Positions 28,159 through 37,571 of a DNA stretch of 64,000 nucleotides are shown here, one piece after another. This stretch comes from Candidatus Kapaibacterium sp. (GTDB lineage: Bacteria > Bacteroidota > Ignavibacteria > Palsa-1295), in assembly GCA_039923455.1 (NCBI GenBank), contig JBDTCS010000080.1, forward strand, positions 12,079 to 76,078. Reading direction: 5' to 3'. A model generated the notes under the pieces. It was not told the DNA's origin. It worked only from the letters and a program-made list of their open reading frames with translations, and did no database searches. Position 1 is the stretch's first letter; each line of letters opens with the position of its first letter. The position numbers were made by a program, and so were the translations under genes.

Positions 28159-28863
28159 ATGCTGAAGAAACCAATCGTAATTATCGCGCTCGCTTTGTGC
28201 TGCACCGCGTTTCAATCGTGCACTTCGCTTGTGTACAGTCCGTTTTTGCATTTGCCTGCGGCCCCAATTCGACACGGGCAAGTTTCGATATCGGGCGATG
28301 GGAGCGCACTACCATACGCTGATAACTCGGGTGCTATCAGCGGAGTTGAGGGACGCATGACCTATGGAGTCACCGATCATTTTTCTATCTCAGGAGCGGC
28401 GTGGGTCAGGACAGACCATCTCGCGCCGTTTTATCTCGACGGAACATCCCTCGATGGCATCATCACACTCACTCATCCCGAGACGACATTCCGAATGGAG
28501 GACTACACTCCAGAAACATTTAGTCGATTCGATTTCGCGATCGTTCCAAGAGCGATGAGTCTCTATGGTGGAAACGAACTCGGTCTCGTCGGAAGTGTTA
28601 GTGGCGCACTCTGGATGCCCTCCTTCTGGGTGTTTCGCCCCTATGTTGCAACCGGTGCGATTGGGGGTCAAGTGGTAGCAACTAGACAATACGGTGGCAC
28701 TGGATACGGTTACGGAATGATCAACAATATTGGACTGACTACAACGCTGAATACACATTGGAGCGTCAACGCCGAGCTTGCAAACCCAATCATCTGGACA
28801 ACGCAATCAAAACTGCTCCATTCTCAGTTTGTACCGAGCTTGTCGTTCAACTACGCATTTTGA
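28159..28863 (+). CDS. Hypothetical outer-membrane protein or lipoprotein (beta-barrel-like, C-terminal Phe)
   Basis: Lipobox-like signal LALCCTAFQSC. Gly/aromatic-rich strands. Ends in ...LSFNYAF. Confidence 0.45.
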   Translation: MLKKPIVIIALALCCTAFQSCTSLVYSPFLHLPAAPIRHGQVSISGDGSALPYADNSGAISGVEGRMTYGVTDHFSISGAAWVRTDHLAPFYLDGTSLDGIITLTHPETTFRMEDYTPETFSRFDFAIVPRAMSLYGGNELGLVGSVSGALWMPSFWVFRPYVATGAIGGQVVATRQYGGTGYGYGMINNIGLTTTLNTHWSVNAELANPIIWTTQSKLLHSQFVPSLSFNYAF

Positions 28864-28889
28864 TCTGCTCCAGAAAAAATCTGTGAAGG

Positions 28890-30119
28890 TCACTTCGCAA
28901 ATTTGGCGATGAACAACTTGCCGGAAGTTGTCTGAAGCCTGACGAAATACGCACCGCTTGACAACCGAGAAATATCAAGAGCCTGCGTTGGATTCGCACC
29001 GCTGACATTTAAGATGATTCTTCCTTCTGCGTCGAGAATCTCGACATTGCGAGTGATCTCTGAAGCATCTGCAAGATTTGTGTAGATCCTTTCCTGAGCA
29101 GGATTCGGATAGAGCGTGAGACCATTTTCGATCGCGATGTTTTCTGCAACTCCATTTCCAGTATAGGTTACCACCTTGCCAATCGGAGTGTTGTGACCGG
29201 ATTGCGGTCCGGTATTTCCTGCTGGTAATGTTCCATAGTACGTCGCACCGAGCGTGTACGGATAGGTCGCTTTTAAGTTTGAATCGATTGTCGTGAAATA
29301 AGCATAGGTGCCATTTGGATAATCTGGTGTGACGCAGAATCTTCCGTTGTGTTCATCGAGATCACCTGAGGTGCTATCGAAAGAAAAATCCTCAATGTAA
29401 TACCCGAGTGGATATGTCGTTGAAATCGCTGGGCCATTTTGTGCTCCCGTTAATTGCGTGCCATCCGGAAGTGAACTACGGTCCGTAATAGTACGCAGCT
29501 TGAATCCTGAGTTCATTCGCTTGATACCTCCCGAACCGTTCTTCTCTGCAAACCCATACGCGCCATAGATCGGAAATCCATCGAATGCGAAACCAATGAT
29601 CGGCGAGTGATGCGTGCTATCAGTCTCGTCATAGAGGCATCGCGGACTCAGGTGATGATGATACTCCCCGTTCGGAGCAGGATGTCCGAGACACGAATCG
29701 AAGGATGCCCCTTCGACCAGAATCGCATTCTGATTCCAAACCCCTTGATTGTTGTAGCTTCGCGCGTCCTTTGCATTAAAAAGGCTGACACCATTCGTCC
29801 AAACACCCACGTGCCCAAGCGGTGTTGCGATCTTCCCGCTCCCCTTTTGTGGTGAGCGAGTGATCTTGAATTCGAAATTTTGATTTGCAGGAATGTTCGG
29901 ATTGCCGTTCCACGGTCCGATATCATAACCGGGAATGCATGAGCAAGTCACATAGACATCCGAATCACTGTACTGCACTTGCTGCACATTCGTCGGAAGT
30001 GCGTGATACCCGGTAGCGTGTGTCGTGTTGATGATCCAATGCGTGACGACCGGCGTCACTTGAGCATTTGAAACAGAAGCAGAAAATAGTGTGATGAGGA
30101 GTAGAGCAATTTTCTTCAT
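28890..30119 (-). CDS. YHYH-domain secreted protein with a T9SS (Por) C-terminal sorting domain
   Basis: Signal peptide from the ATG at 30119 (MKKIALLLITLFSASVSNAQ). YHYH-type motif NGEYHHHLSP. C-terminal LTLYPNPAQERIYTNL...GAYFVRLQTTSGKLFIAKFAK is a typical Por secretion CTD. Confidence 0.6.
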   Translation of the reverse strand: MKKIALLLITLFSASVSNAQVTPVVTHWIINTTHATGYHALPTNVQQVQYSDSDVYVTCSCIPGYDIGPWNGNPNIPANQNFEFKITRSPQKGSGKIATPLGHVGVWTNGVSLFNAKDARSYNNQGVWNQNAILVEGASFDSCLGHPAPNGEYHHHLSPRCLYDETDSTHHSPIIGFAFDGFPIYGAYGFAEKNGSGGIKRMNSGFKLRTITDRSSLPDGTQLTGAQNGPAISTTYPLGYYIEDFSFDSTSGDLDEHNGRFCVTPDYPNGTYAYFTTIDSNLKATYPYTLGATYYGTLPAGNTGPQSGHNTPIGKVVTYTGNGVAENIAIENGLTLYPNPAQERIYTNLADASEITRNVEILDAEGRIILNVSGANPTQALDISRLSSGAYFVRLQTTSGKLFIAKFAK

Positions 30120-30221
30120 AAATACAATAACCTGTTTACTTCGGAGCGTGCAAAGCACAAGTCTGATAACCTGTGGTTCAAATATAAAACGGAAAATTGT
30201 TCGGGACACGACGCAGTGGAT

Positions 30222-31631
30222 CTACACTCCGACTTTGCGATGCTTTATGCCGACTTCGCGACAGGAGTGATCGCTGGGTAGAAACTTTCCTGGGTTTAGC
30301 AAACCGTTCGGATTGAACACTTCGCGCACAGCTCTCATCATATCGATATCGACCGGCGCGAACATCCAGCCGAGCGCTTCCTGTTTTTCGATTCCAACTC
30401 CGTGCTCGCCCGTGATAGAGCCGCCCTGTGCAATGCAGAGTTTAAGGATCTCCGCGCTCGCTGCGAGGACTGCTGTCACTTGCGCCGGATCGCGCTCATC
30501 GTATAAAATCGCGGGATGCAGATTGCCATCTCCGGCATGAAAAATATTCGCGATACGAAGCGAATAGCGCTTGCCTATCTCTGCGATTTTTTCTAAGACA
30601 TCGGGCAAGGTGTGCCGCGGTATTACACCGTCCTGTGTGTAGTAACTTGGGCTAAGCCTTCCGAGCGCTCCGAATGCTCGCTTGCGTGCTTTCCAAAGTG
30701 CGTCCCGCTCCTTCTCGTCCTTGGCTCGACGAATGCTTTTTACTCCAAGCCGTTCAGCATGTTCGATGACTTGCGAAGTAAGACGCTCGATGGAATGTTT
30801 ACGACCATCGAGCTCGACGATCAGCAGTGCGCCGGCATCAAGCGGGAAGCCCAAATGGAAAGCAGCTTCGAGTGCGCCGAGCACTTCGCGATCGATCATC
30901 TCAAGCGCAGCCGGCACGATACCGGACTCAATGATCGCCGAGACTGTTTCCGAAGCCTGCCGTGGAGTCTCAAATTCCATCAGGAGCGTCACGACGGCTT
31001 CTGGAATTTGAAGGAGGCGAACGCGGGCTTCGGTTACAATTCCGAGCGTCCCCTCTGAGCCGATAAGCAGTGAGAAGAGCGCAGCGTTATGCTCGCCATC
31101 TACTATTCGAAGTTCGCCATTCGGAAAAAGTACTTCGAGTTCGAGAATGTGTTCGGCTGTAGCGCCATATTTTAGGCAATGCGGTCCCCCTGCATTCTCC
31201 GCTATATTCCCACCAATCGTACAAGCTGCACCACTTGAAGGATCCGGGGCGAAATAGAGTCCGTAAGGCTTAGCCGCACGTGAAAGATGTGTGTTGACTA
31301 CACCCGGCTCGACACGTGCCGAGAGATTCTCCCGATCGATCTCAAGAATCTTATTCAGGCGAGTGGTGACAAGCAGGACAGTGTTTTCCGCGACCGCAAG
31401 TGCTCCGCCACTCAAACCTGTTCCAGCACCTCGTGTAACAATCGGTAGTTTATGCTGAAGGCAAATTCGCGCTGCGGCTATGAGTTCAGCTTTCGTCTCG
31501 GGAATCAGTACAAGCGATGGAGAGAATTTTTCGAGCGTTACTCCATCGGCATCGTATGTGAGTCGATCGGCCTCGCGCCAAAGAATGCGCTCCGGTTTTA
31601 AGATACTTGCAAAGATCGCTCGATCGATCAT
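30222..31631 (-). CDS. FAD-linked oxidase (GlcD / D-lactate dehydrogenase family)
   Basis: FAD-binding PCMH-type N-terminal domain (VTRGAGTGLSGGA). C-terminal FAD-oxidase domain (GSITGEHGVGIEK). Confidence 0.8.
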   Translation of the reverse strand: MIDRAIFASILKPERILWREADRLTYDADGVTLEKFSPSLVLIPETKAELIAAARICLQHKLPIVTRGAGTGLSGGALAVAENTVLLVTTRLNKILEIDRENLSARVEPGVVNTHLSRAAKPYGLYFAPDPSSGAACTIGGNIAENAGGPHCLKYGATAEHILELEVLFPNGELRIVDGEHNAALFSLLIGSEGTLGIVTEARVRLLQIPEAVVTLLMEFETPRQASETVSAIIESGIVPAALEMIDREVLGALEAAFHLGFPLDAGALLIVELDGRKHSIERLTSQVIEHAERLGVKSIRRAKDEKERDALWKARKRAFGALGRLSPSYYTQDGVIPRHTLPDVLEKIAEIGKRYSLRIANIFHAGDGNLHPAILYDERDPAQVTAVLAASAEILKLCIAQGGSITGEHGVGIEKQEALGWMFAPVDIDMMRAVREVFNPNGLLNPGKFLPSDHSCREVGIKHRKVGV

Positions 31632-31640
31632 ATCAGAAGG

Positions 31641-32777
31641 CTACCGTGCTGATGGATCCATGACACACTTTTGTCGAAGTGCCCACGCGCGTACTCGCAT
31701 GACCTTCGACTCGACAAATTCCCACGTGTAGAGTGTAACGATCGCAAATAGCGCCCCGCCGATCACATCGATCACGTAATGATAGCGAAGATAAACCGTC
31801 GAGAATATCAGGCTAAGTCCGAGCACCAAGATCACCCAGCGTATCCTCGCTTTGAATTTGAATGCCAACAGCATCGTCAGGACTGTGATATCCACGTGAC
31901 CGCTTGGGAAAGCATCGCGAGTAACATTGGTGAGGATCGTCGTCATCGGCATCGTCTTATCGATGTTCTCCCCGCTATTTAAAATGTAGCGGAACACATC
32001 CGTCAGATAAAACCCCGGCAATTCGTTGGAAAGATTCGAAAAATCATGCAGCGTGAATCGTGGACCGATCGCTGGCAGAAAAAGGTAGCCAACGTACGAT
32101 AGGAAAAAACCGTAAACGATAATAAAGCGAAGGTCCTGAAGGTCGTCCGACTCTTTATCGTTAAAGTGATGCTCCGGATTTTCTTTGACGTTCCGTCGAT
32201 AGAGTTCAATCGCAAGCGCAACCGGAAGGAGATAGAACAGAAAATAGGTAAACTGCAAATACTCCGTTAGGATCGGACTCGTGCTAAAATGTGCGAAGAG
32301 CCATCGCGTCGGATCGTTACCATTAAAGAGCAGCCGATCAACATAAATCAATGTCGAATCGTAATCATGACCGTGTAAGGAGAAGGAGAGCTTCTCGGTG
32401 GTCTTGAAGAGTAACGGTATGAGGAGTCCGAAATAAAACGCGTGTACGAGTTGCATTGCTTCAGTCGCAATACGCGCACGCAAGGAATTGATGACGAGGA
32501 CAAACGCTAAAGCGATCGCGCTATTGCGAAGTACTAAGTCCCACTCGGTGACTCTTCCCGAGCCGAGCACTGTGACGACAAGCAGAAAACAAATGTAACC
32601 GATTGCGAAAACATCGACCGATGTCATCGCTTCGATGACTGGCAAAAATCCCTTCTGTGATCTTGGCGCTTCCGGAGGAACGGACATTCGAATACTGCCG
32701 CTGTTAGCCGAACGGGATGAGACACTCCCACTTGCTTGCGTTGGCTCGTTCACAATGTCCTTCTTATCAATCTGCAT
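31641..32777 (-). CDS. PAP2-superfamily integral membrane phosphatase
   Basis: Multiple transmembrane segments. PAP2 motifs FPSGH and LRYHYVIDVIGG. Confidence 0.65.
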   Translation of the reverse strand: MQIDKKDIVNEPTQASGSVSSRSANSGSIRMSVPPEAPRSQKGFLPVIEAMTSVDVFAIGYICFLLVVTVLGSGRVTEWDLVLRNSAIALAFVLVINSLRARIATEAMQLVHAFYFGLLIPLLFKTTEKLSFSLHGHDYDSTLIYVDRLLFNGNDPTRWLFAHFSTSPILTEYLQFTYFLFYLLPVALAIELYRRNVKENPEHHFNDKESDDLQDLRFIIVYGFFLSYVGYLFLPAIGPRFTLHDFSNLSNELPGFYLTDVFRYILNSGENIDKTMPMTTILTNVTRDAFPSGHVDITVLTMLLAFKFKARIRWVILVLGLSLIFSTVYLRYHYVIDVIGGALFAIVTLYTWEFVESKVMRVRAWALRQKCVMDPSAR

Positions 32778-32810
32778 CTTGACGGGTTAACTGCCTCGGA
32801 ACACACTTGA

Positions 32811-33650
32811 TTATGCGGTAGGTAAACCATGCGAGAGCGAAAAGAGGTCGATTAATTCGGGAATCGTGAGCTCCTCTGCCCGCTGTTTCAGATAAATTGC
32901 TCCCACGGCCTGAGCTCCCAGACCTTCGATCGCCTCCGTTGAGACCAGGCCTTTCAAATTATTCCGGATCGTCTTTCGGCGCATTCGAAATAACTGACGC
33001 ACGAACGTCTGAAAATTTCCATCCACGAATCCTTGTGGACGCTCGATTCCCGTTCGGGCAAAATAACCCCGCTCCAGATCGATCCGGACCACTGCCGAAT
33101 CCACTTTTGGAGCAGGTCGAAAGCTTCCGGCTTTGACTTTAAAGAGAAACTCGACCTCACCGAAAAAATTTGCGAGCACCGTGGGAATCCCATACTCCTT
33201 TGTTCTCGGTTTGGCACCGAGACGCTCGCCGACTTCGAGTTGCACGAGGAGCACAGCATCTTTGACGACCTCGCGTGCTTCGAGAAGTTTAAATAGGATC
33301 GGGGAGGTAATGTAGTACGGAATATTTCCGATTACTCGGATCTTCTCGCCGGCATTCGCCGAATATTTTGCTAAATCAACCTGCAAAAAATCTTCTTCGA
33401 CTATTACGAACCTGTCCCCTTCGCCTTCAAACATCGTGCGCAATTCGGGGACGGCACGCTCGTCGAGTTCGAAAGCAGTAAGTTGCTTTAATGGAGTCCG
33501 AAGCAGCGCTGTCGTGAGCAATCCTGTCCCGGGCCCGATCTCGATAAACGAATCACCCGGCTTAACAGCGGCTGCCTTAACGATCCGGTGATGGATCGCT
33601 GGGTCGATCAGGAAATGCTGCCCAAGTGATTTACGTGCGGCCAGTTGCAT
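32811..33650 (-). CDS. rsmA: 16S rRNA (adenine1518/1519-N6)-dimethyltransferase KsgA/RsmA
   Basis: LGQHFLIDPAIHHRIV...FIEIGPGTGLLT is the KsgA signature. ATG at 33650. Confidence 0.85.
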   Translation of the reverse strand: MQLAARKSLGQHFLIDPAIHHRIVKAAAVKPGDSFIEIGPGTGLLTTALLRTPLKQLTAFELDERAVPELRTMFEGEGDRFVIVEEDFLQVDLAKYSANAGEKIRVIGNIPYYITSPILFKLLEAREVVKDAVLLVQLEVGERLGAKPRTKEYGIPTVLANFFGEVEFLFKVKAGSFRPAPKVDSAVVRIDLERGYFARTGIERPQGFVDGNFQTFVRQLFRMRRKTIRNNLKGLVSTEAIEGLGAQAVGAIYLKQRAEELTIPELIDLFSLSHGLPTA

Positions 33651-33752
33651 AGTGAATGCCAGTTGGATTAGTGAATGCAAAGATACCGCGCAAAGTGTGA
33701 CGGTCGGCGGTATCTTTGCAAGAGATATCTGGACACATTTATTATTTTTCGA

Positions 33753-34739
33753 ATGCCGATAGCACTATCGACTTGGAAGCACGGATTTGAACCGAACCGT
33801 ATCACCTACGAAGCTCTCGCGGCGGGACGTTCGTCGCTCGATGCAGTGGAGTTCGGTGCAAAATATTGCGAGGCCGATCTGACCTGTATGTCGGTGGGCC
33901 GCGGTTCGATACCGGATGACATAGGCAAGCTTAGTCTTGATGCTTCGATCATGTCACATGATGGTTCGTGCGGATCGGTTGCCTTCGTGCAGCATTATCT
34001 CCACGTCATTTCGATCGCTCGACGAGTGATGGAACGTACACCTCACATCATGCTTGCCGGTGAAGGTGCCGAGCTATTCGCTATGCGCGAAGGATTTCCA
34101 CGCGAGGATCTTATCACCGAACGTGCTCGTACACTGTACGAACGTTGGCAGGCGCAGCCGAATAAACTTCGCGTTAGGTTACGTCGAGCCGGTGAAGGTG
34201 AACATGAATACGTTTTTGAAGAAACGGACGAAGCCGGCACGCATGAAGAAATTCCGCGTGAAGCACTGGATCACTCGCGCAATGCATCACATGATACTAT
34301 TGGATTATTGGGACTGGACAATGAAGGCAAACTTGCTGGGGCTTGCACAACCTCCGGGCTCGCGTTTAAAATGCATGGACGCGTGGGTGATTCACCGATT
34401 ATCGGCGCCGGACTCTATGTCGATGGCGAGGTTGCCGGTGCGGTTGCGACGGGGATTGGTGAACTGATGATGCGAGCTTGCTCCGCTTTTCATATCGTCG
34501 AACAAATACGTCAAGGCGCCGAACCCGCGCAAGCGTGTGAGGAGGCATTGCTCAGAATTCGAAAAGATAAACATCTCACCGATGACATGCAAGTCGGGGT
34601 GATGGTCATTCGTCGCGATGGTGTCTGGGCAGCGCGTGGGTTGCGTCCGGGGTTTCAGTTTGCCGCGGCAAGCAAAAAAATGGGCGGCGTCAATACACTC
34701 TATGACGCCAATTTTAATAGCTTCACACCTGCAACGTAA
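33753..34739 (+). CDS. Ntn-hydrolase isoaspartyl dipeptidase / L-asparaginase (plant-type asparaginase family)
   Basis: HDTIGLLGLD and GDSPIIGAGLYVD motifs. ATG at 33753. Confidence 0.7.
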   Translation: MPIALSTWKHGFEPNRITYEALAAGRSSLDAVEFGAKYCEADLTCMSVGRGSIPDDIGKLSLDASIMSHDGSCGSVAFVQHYLHVISIARRVMERTPHIMLAGEGAELFAMREGFPREDLITERARTLYERWQAQPNKLRVRLRRAGEGEHEYVFEETDEAGTHEEIPREALDHSRNASHDTIGLLGLDNEGKLAGACTTSGLAFKMHGRVGDSPIIGAGLYVDGEVAGAVATGIGELMMRACSAFHIVEQIRQGAEPAQACEEALLRIRKDKHLTDDMQVGVMVIRRDGVWAARGLRPGFQFAAASKKMGGVNTLYDANFNSFTPAT

Positions 34740-34742
34740 ACT

Positions 34743-35510
34743 ATGAGTGATCAGCCTCTTGCGGTTATTACCGGTGCAGGCCGCGGCATAGGTCGTGCGA
34801 TTGCCGATGTATTTGCTGCTTCGGGAATTCGTGTTACACTTTGTGCACGCACACTTTCTGAGGTGGAATCCGTTGCAGAAAATATTCGGCTCAGTGGTGG
34901 TGAGGCATTTGCCCTCAGGTGTGACGTCAGTTCTGCCGAAAGTGTGAGAGCACTCCACGCAGAAATTTCTTCGACCGTCGGGCTCGCGTCGATACTCGTA
35001 AACAATGCCGGCATCGCTACTTCGGCAAAACTGGAAGCGACGAGTGATGAGCTTTGGGAGCAGACGATCGGTGTAAATCTTCGCGGACCGTTTCTGATGA
35101 CGCGTGCTTTTGTACCGGATATGCGAACACTCGGTGGTGGTAGGATTATCTCCATCGCATCCACGGCTGCACTCGAAGGTTTTCCTTATACATCGGCCTA
35201 CACCGCATCGAAACACGGATTGCTTGGGCTCACTCGGGCTCTCGCGATAGAACTCCAACGCAGCAATATTTCCGCAAATGTGCTTTGCCCGGGATTCGTC
35301 CGAACCTCGATTCTGGAGGATAGCATTCGCAACATTGTCGCAAGGACAGGTAAATCTGAAGAGTCCGCAGAACAAGATCTGGCAAGGCTAAATAAGGAGG
35401 GGCGACTCATCGAGCCAATTGAGGTCGCAGAGGCCGCCTTGAAGCTCCTATTGCTTCCAAAAGAGACTACCGGCCTCGCTTTCGACCTCGACGGCAACGT
35501 GCTCGCGTAA
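34743..35510 (+). CDS. Short-chain dehydrogenase/reductase (SDR) family oxidoreductase
   Basis: TGAGRGIGRAIA (Rossmann TGxxxGxG), NNAG, and the Y-x3-K catalytic dyad (YTASKHG). Confidence 0.8.
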   Translation: MSDQPLAVITGAGRGIGRAIADVFAASGIRVTLCARTLSEVESVAENIRLSGGEAFALRCDVSSAESVRALHAEISSTVGLASILVNNAGIATSAKLEATSDELWEQTIGVNLRGPFLMTRAFVPDMRTLGGGRIISIASTAALEGFPYTSAYTASKHGLLGLTRALAIELQRSNISANVLCPGFVRTSILEDSIRNIVARTGKSEESAEQDLARLNKEGRLIEPIEVAEAALKLLLLPKETTGLAFDLDGNVLA

Positions 35511-35692
35511 GGTGGCAGCTGGAAAGCATTTCGCCCTTGAGCCGGATTCGCGGGCAGAGATTTTTATTAATTCCGTATTAGCACCCTCTGAAACTGAACT
35601 CCTCGAATCCCGTATTACGTTGTAATAGCATCACTTGTTCAGCATTAGCTTCCGTTTTTTTTTGACACCACTTCGAAGGCGCAAGATATTAG

Positions 35693-37000
35693 TTGAGAGA
35701 AACATTTCAATACTCCGAGACCCACACGCCGCGAGAGAAAGCGGCACTCGTTACGATCATTACCAAGAGCGATGCGCTCGGCAGGCGTACCGCTGAAGAG
35801 CATCTCGAAGAGCTCGGTCTGTTGGCCGATACCGCCGGAGCGGATATTCTTCTCAAGATCACACAAGAGAGAGCCAAACCTGATGGCGCACTTTATCTCG
35901 GCAAAGGAAAAGTCGAAGAGTTGAAGACGCACGTCGAGATGTTGGGCCTTCAGATCGTGATTTTCGATGATGATCTTTCTCCTGTCCAGATCCGAAATTT
36001 AGAGAAGGAGCTTGGTGTCAAAATTCTTGATCGCTCGGCGCTCATTCTCGACATCTTCGCATCGCGTGCAAGAACACGTGAAGCCAAAACGCAGATCGAA
36101 CTTGCGCAGCTTGAGTATTTGCTGCCACGTCTTACTCGTGCATGGACACATCTATCCAAACAATTCGGCGGCATCGGCACAAAAGGTCCCGGTGAAACAC
36201 AGATCGAAACCGATCGACGAATGATCGGTGTGCGGATCTCGCATCTGAAAGAGAAGCTTCTCGATATCGAGCAACAACAAAAGACGAGGCGCTTGAGCCG
36301 CAATGAAGAGCTATCACGCGTTGCACTCGTAGGTTATACGAATGCCGGAAAATCTTCGCTGCTTAATGTGCTCGCGATCGACAAACGCTCCGAAGTATTT
36401 GTCGAAGATAGGCTTTTTGCTACGCTCGATGCAACGACTCGCGCAGCCGAGCTTTCGCATGCGCGGAAAATACTCGTTACCGACACCGTAGGTTTTATTC
36501 GCAAACTTCCGGCAAAACTTGTTGCCTCGTTTCGCACAACGCTTTCGGAAGTTAAAGAAGCCGATATTCTTTTGCATGTCGTCGATGCCAGCAACTCGCA
36601 GTTCGAAGATCAGATCGATGTAGTAGATAAGACGCTTCGAGATCTCGGTGCCGATGATAAGCCTGTCATCATGGTTTTTAATAAGATCGATGCGATGACC
36701 GATGAAGATCGTGCTGCGACGCAGCATCTTCGTGTGCGATATCCGCACGCTGTTTTCATCAGCGCTGCGCGCGGAATTGGAATTGGTCAACTTAAAGACG
36801 AAATCGAAAAAGTGATCAGCGAAGGTTCGTTCGAGATCACCGTCGAAATTCCACTTACGCATTATGAGATCGCCTCACGCTTGCACGAACTCGGGCAAGT
36901 GAGCGAACGCATTTTCACCGACACACACGTGAGGCTCAAACTTCGTGTGCATATACGCAATAAAGAGCGCGTCGAGCGTTTGCTCGCAACCGCAGCCTAA
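35693..37000 (+). CDS. hflX: GTPase HflX
   Basis: HflX N-terminal domain plus G-domain motifs (GYTNAGKSSLLN, DTVGF, NKID). Confidence 0.85.
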   Translation: MRETFQYSETHTPREKAALVTIITKSDALGRRTAEEHLEELGLLADTAGADILLKITQERAKPDGALYLGKGKVEELKTHVEMLGLQIVIFDDDLSPVQIRNLEKELGVKILDRSALILDIFASRARTREAKTQIELAQLEYLLPRLTRAWTHLSKQFGGIGTKGPGETQIETDRRMIGVRISHLKEKLLDIEQQQKTRRLSRNEELSRVALVGYTNAGKSSLLNVLAIDKRSEVFVEDRLFATLDATTRAAELSHARKILVTDTVGFIRKLPAKLVASFRTTLSEVKEADILLHVVDASNSQFEDQIDVVDKTLRDLGADDKPVIMVFNKIDAMTDEDRAATQHLRVRYPHAVFISAARGIGIGQLKDEIEKVISEGSFEITVEIPLTHYEIASRLHELGQVSERIFTDTHVRLKLRVHIRNKERVERLLATAA

Positions 37001-37018
37001 GTATCCATACACAAAAAT

Positions 37019-37441
37019 ATGAAAGCATCACTTCGACTTGATCACGATCTGAGGTTTATCGGCAGAAGCGAGACCGGTCATGAGACAGCATTCGATACTA
37101 CCGTTGCCGGTGGCGGCTCAGACTCCGCCGGGAGTCCGATGGAGATCTTGCTCGAAGCCGCGAGCGCATGCGCATCGATGGATGTATTGATCATTCTGAG
37201 AAAAAAGCGCAGAACCGTCACGGCGCTAAACATCGAACTCGATTCCGAACGGGCAACGACGCATCCAAAAGTGTTTGTGAAGATACACATGTCATTTAAG
37301 GTGACGAGCCCGGACGCTACGCAAGAAGAACTTGAGCGGGCGGTCGATCTTTCCATGACAACCTATTGTAGTGTCGGCGGGTCGTTGCGTAAGGGTGGCT
37401 GCGACATCACTTGGGACGCGCAGATCATTCGGCCAGACTGA
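37019..37441 (+). CDS. OsmC/Ohr family peroxiredoxin-like protein
   Basis: Size, paired Cys residues (ASACASMD, TTYCSVG) and overall pattern fit OsmC. Confidence 0.7.
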   Translation: MKASLRLDHDLRFIGRSETGHETAFDTTVAGGGSDSAGSPMEILLEAASACASMDVLIILRKKRRTVTALNIELDSERATTHPKVFVKIHMSFKVTSPDATQEELERAVDLSMTTYCSVGGSLRKGGCDITWDAQIIRPD

Positions 37442-37571
37442 GCATTACGGTTCGCCAGTTTATCTCTCTCTTCTTTTTCAACTCTCGATTTGGACTGATC
37501 ACTCAAATAATTCAACAATATATTCGCTTGAGCTTATGGCCTTAGCGGTCTCTCTCCTTGACATTTCCGAA

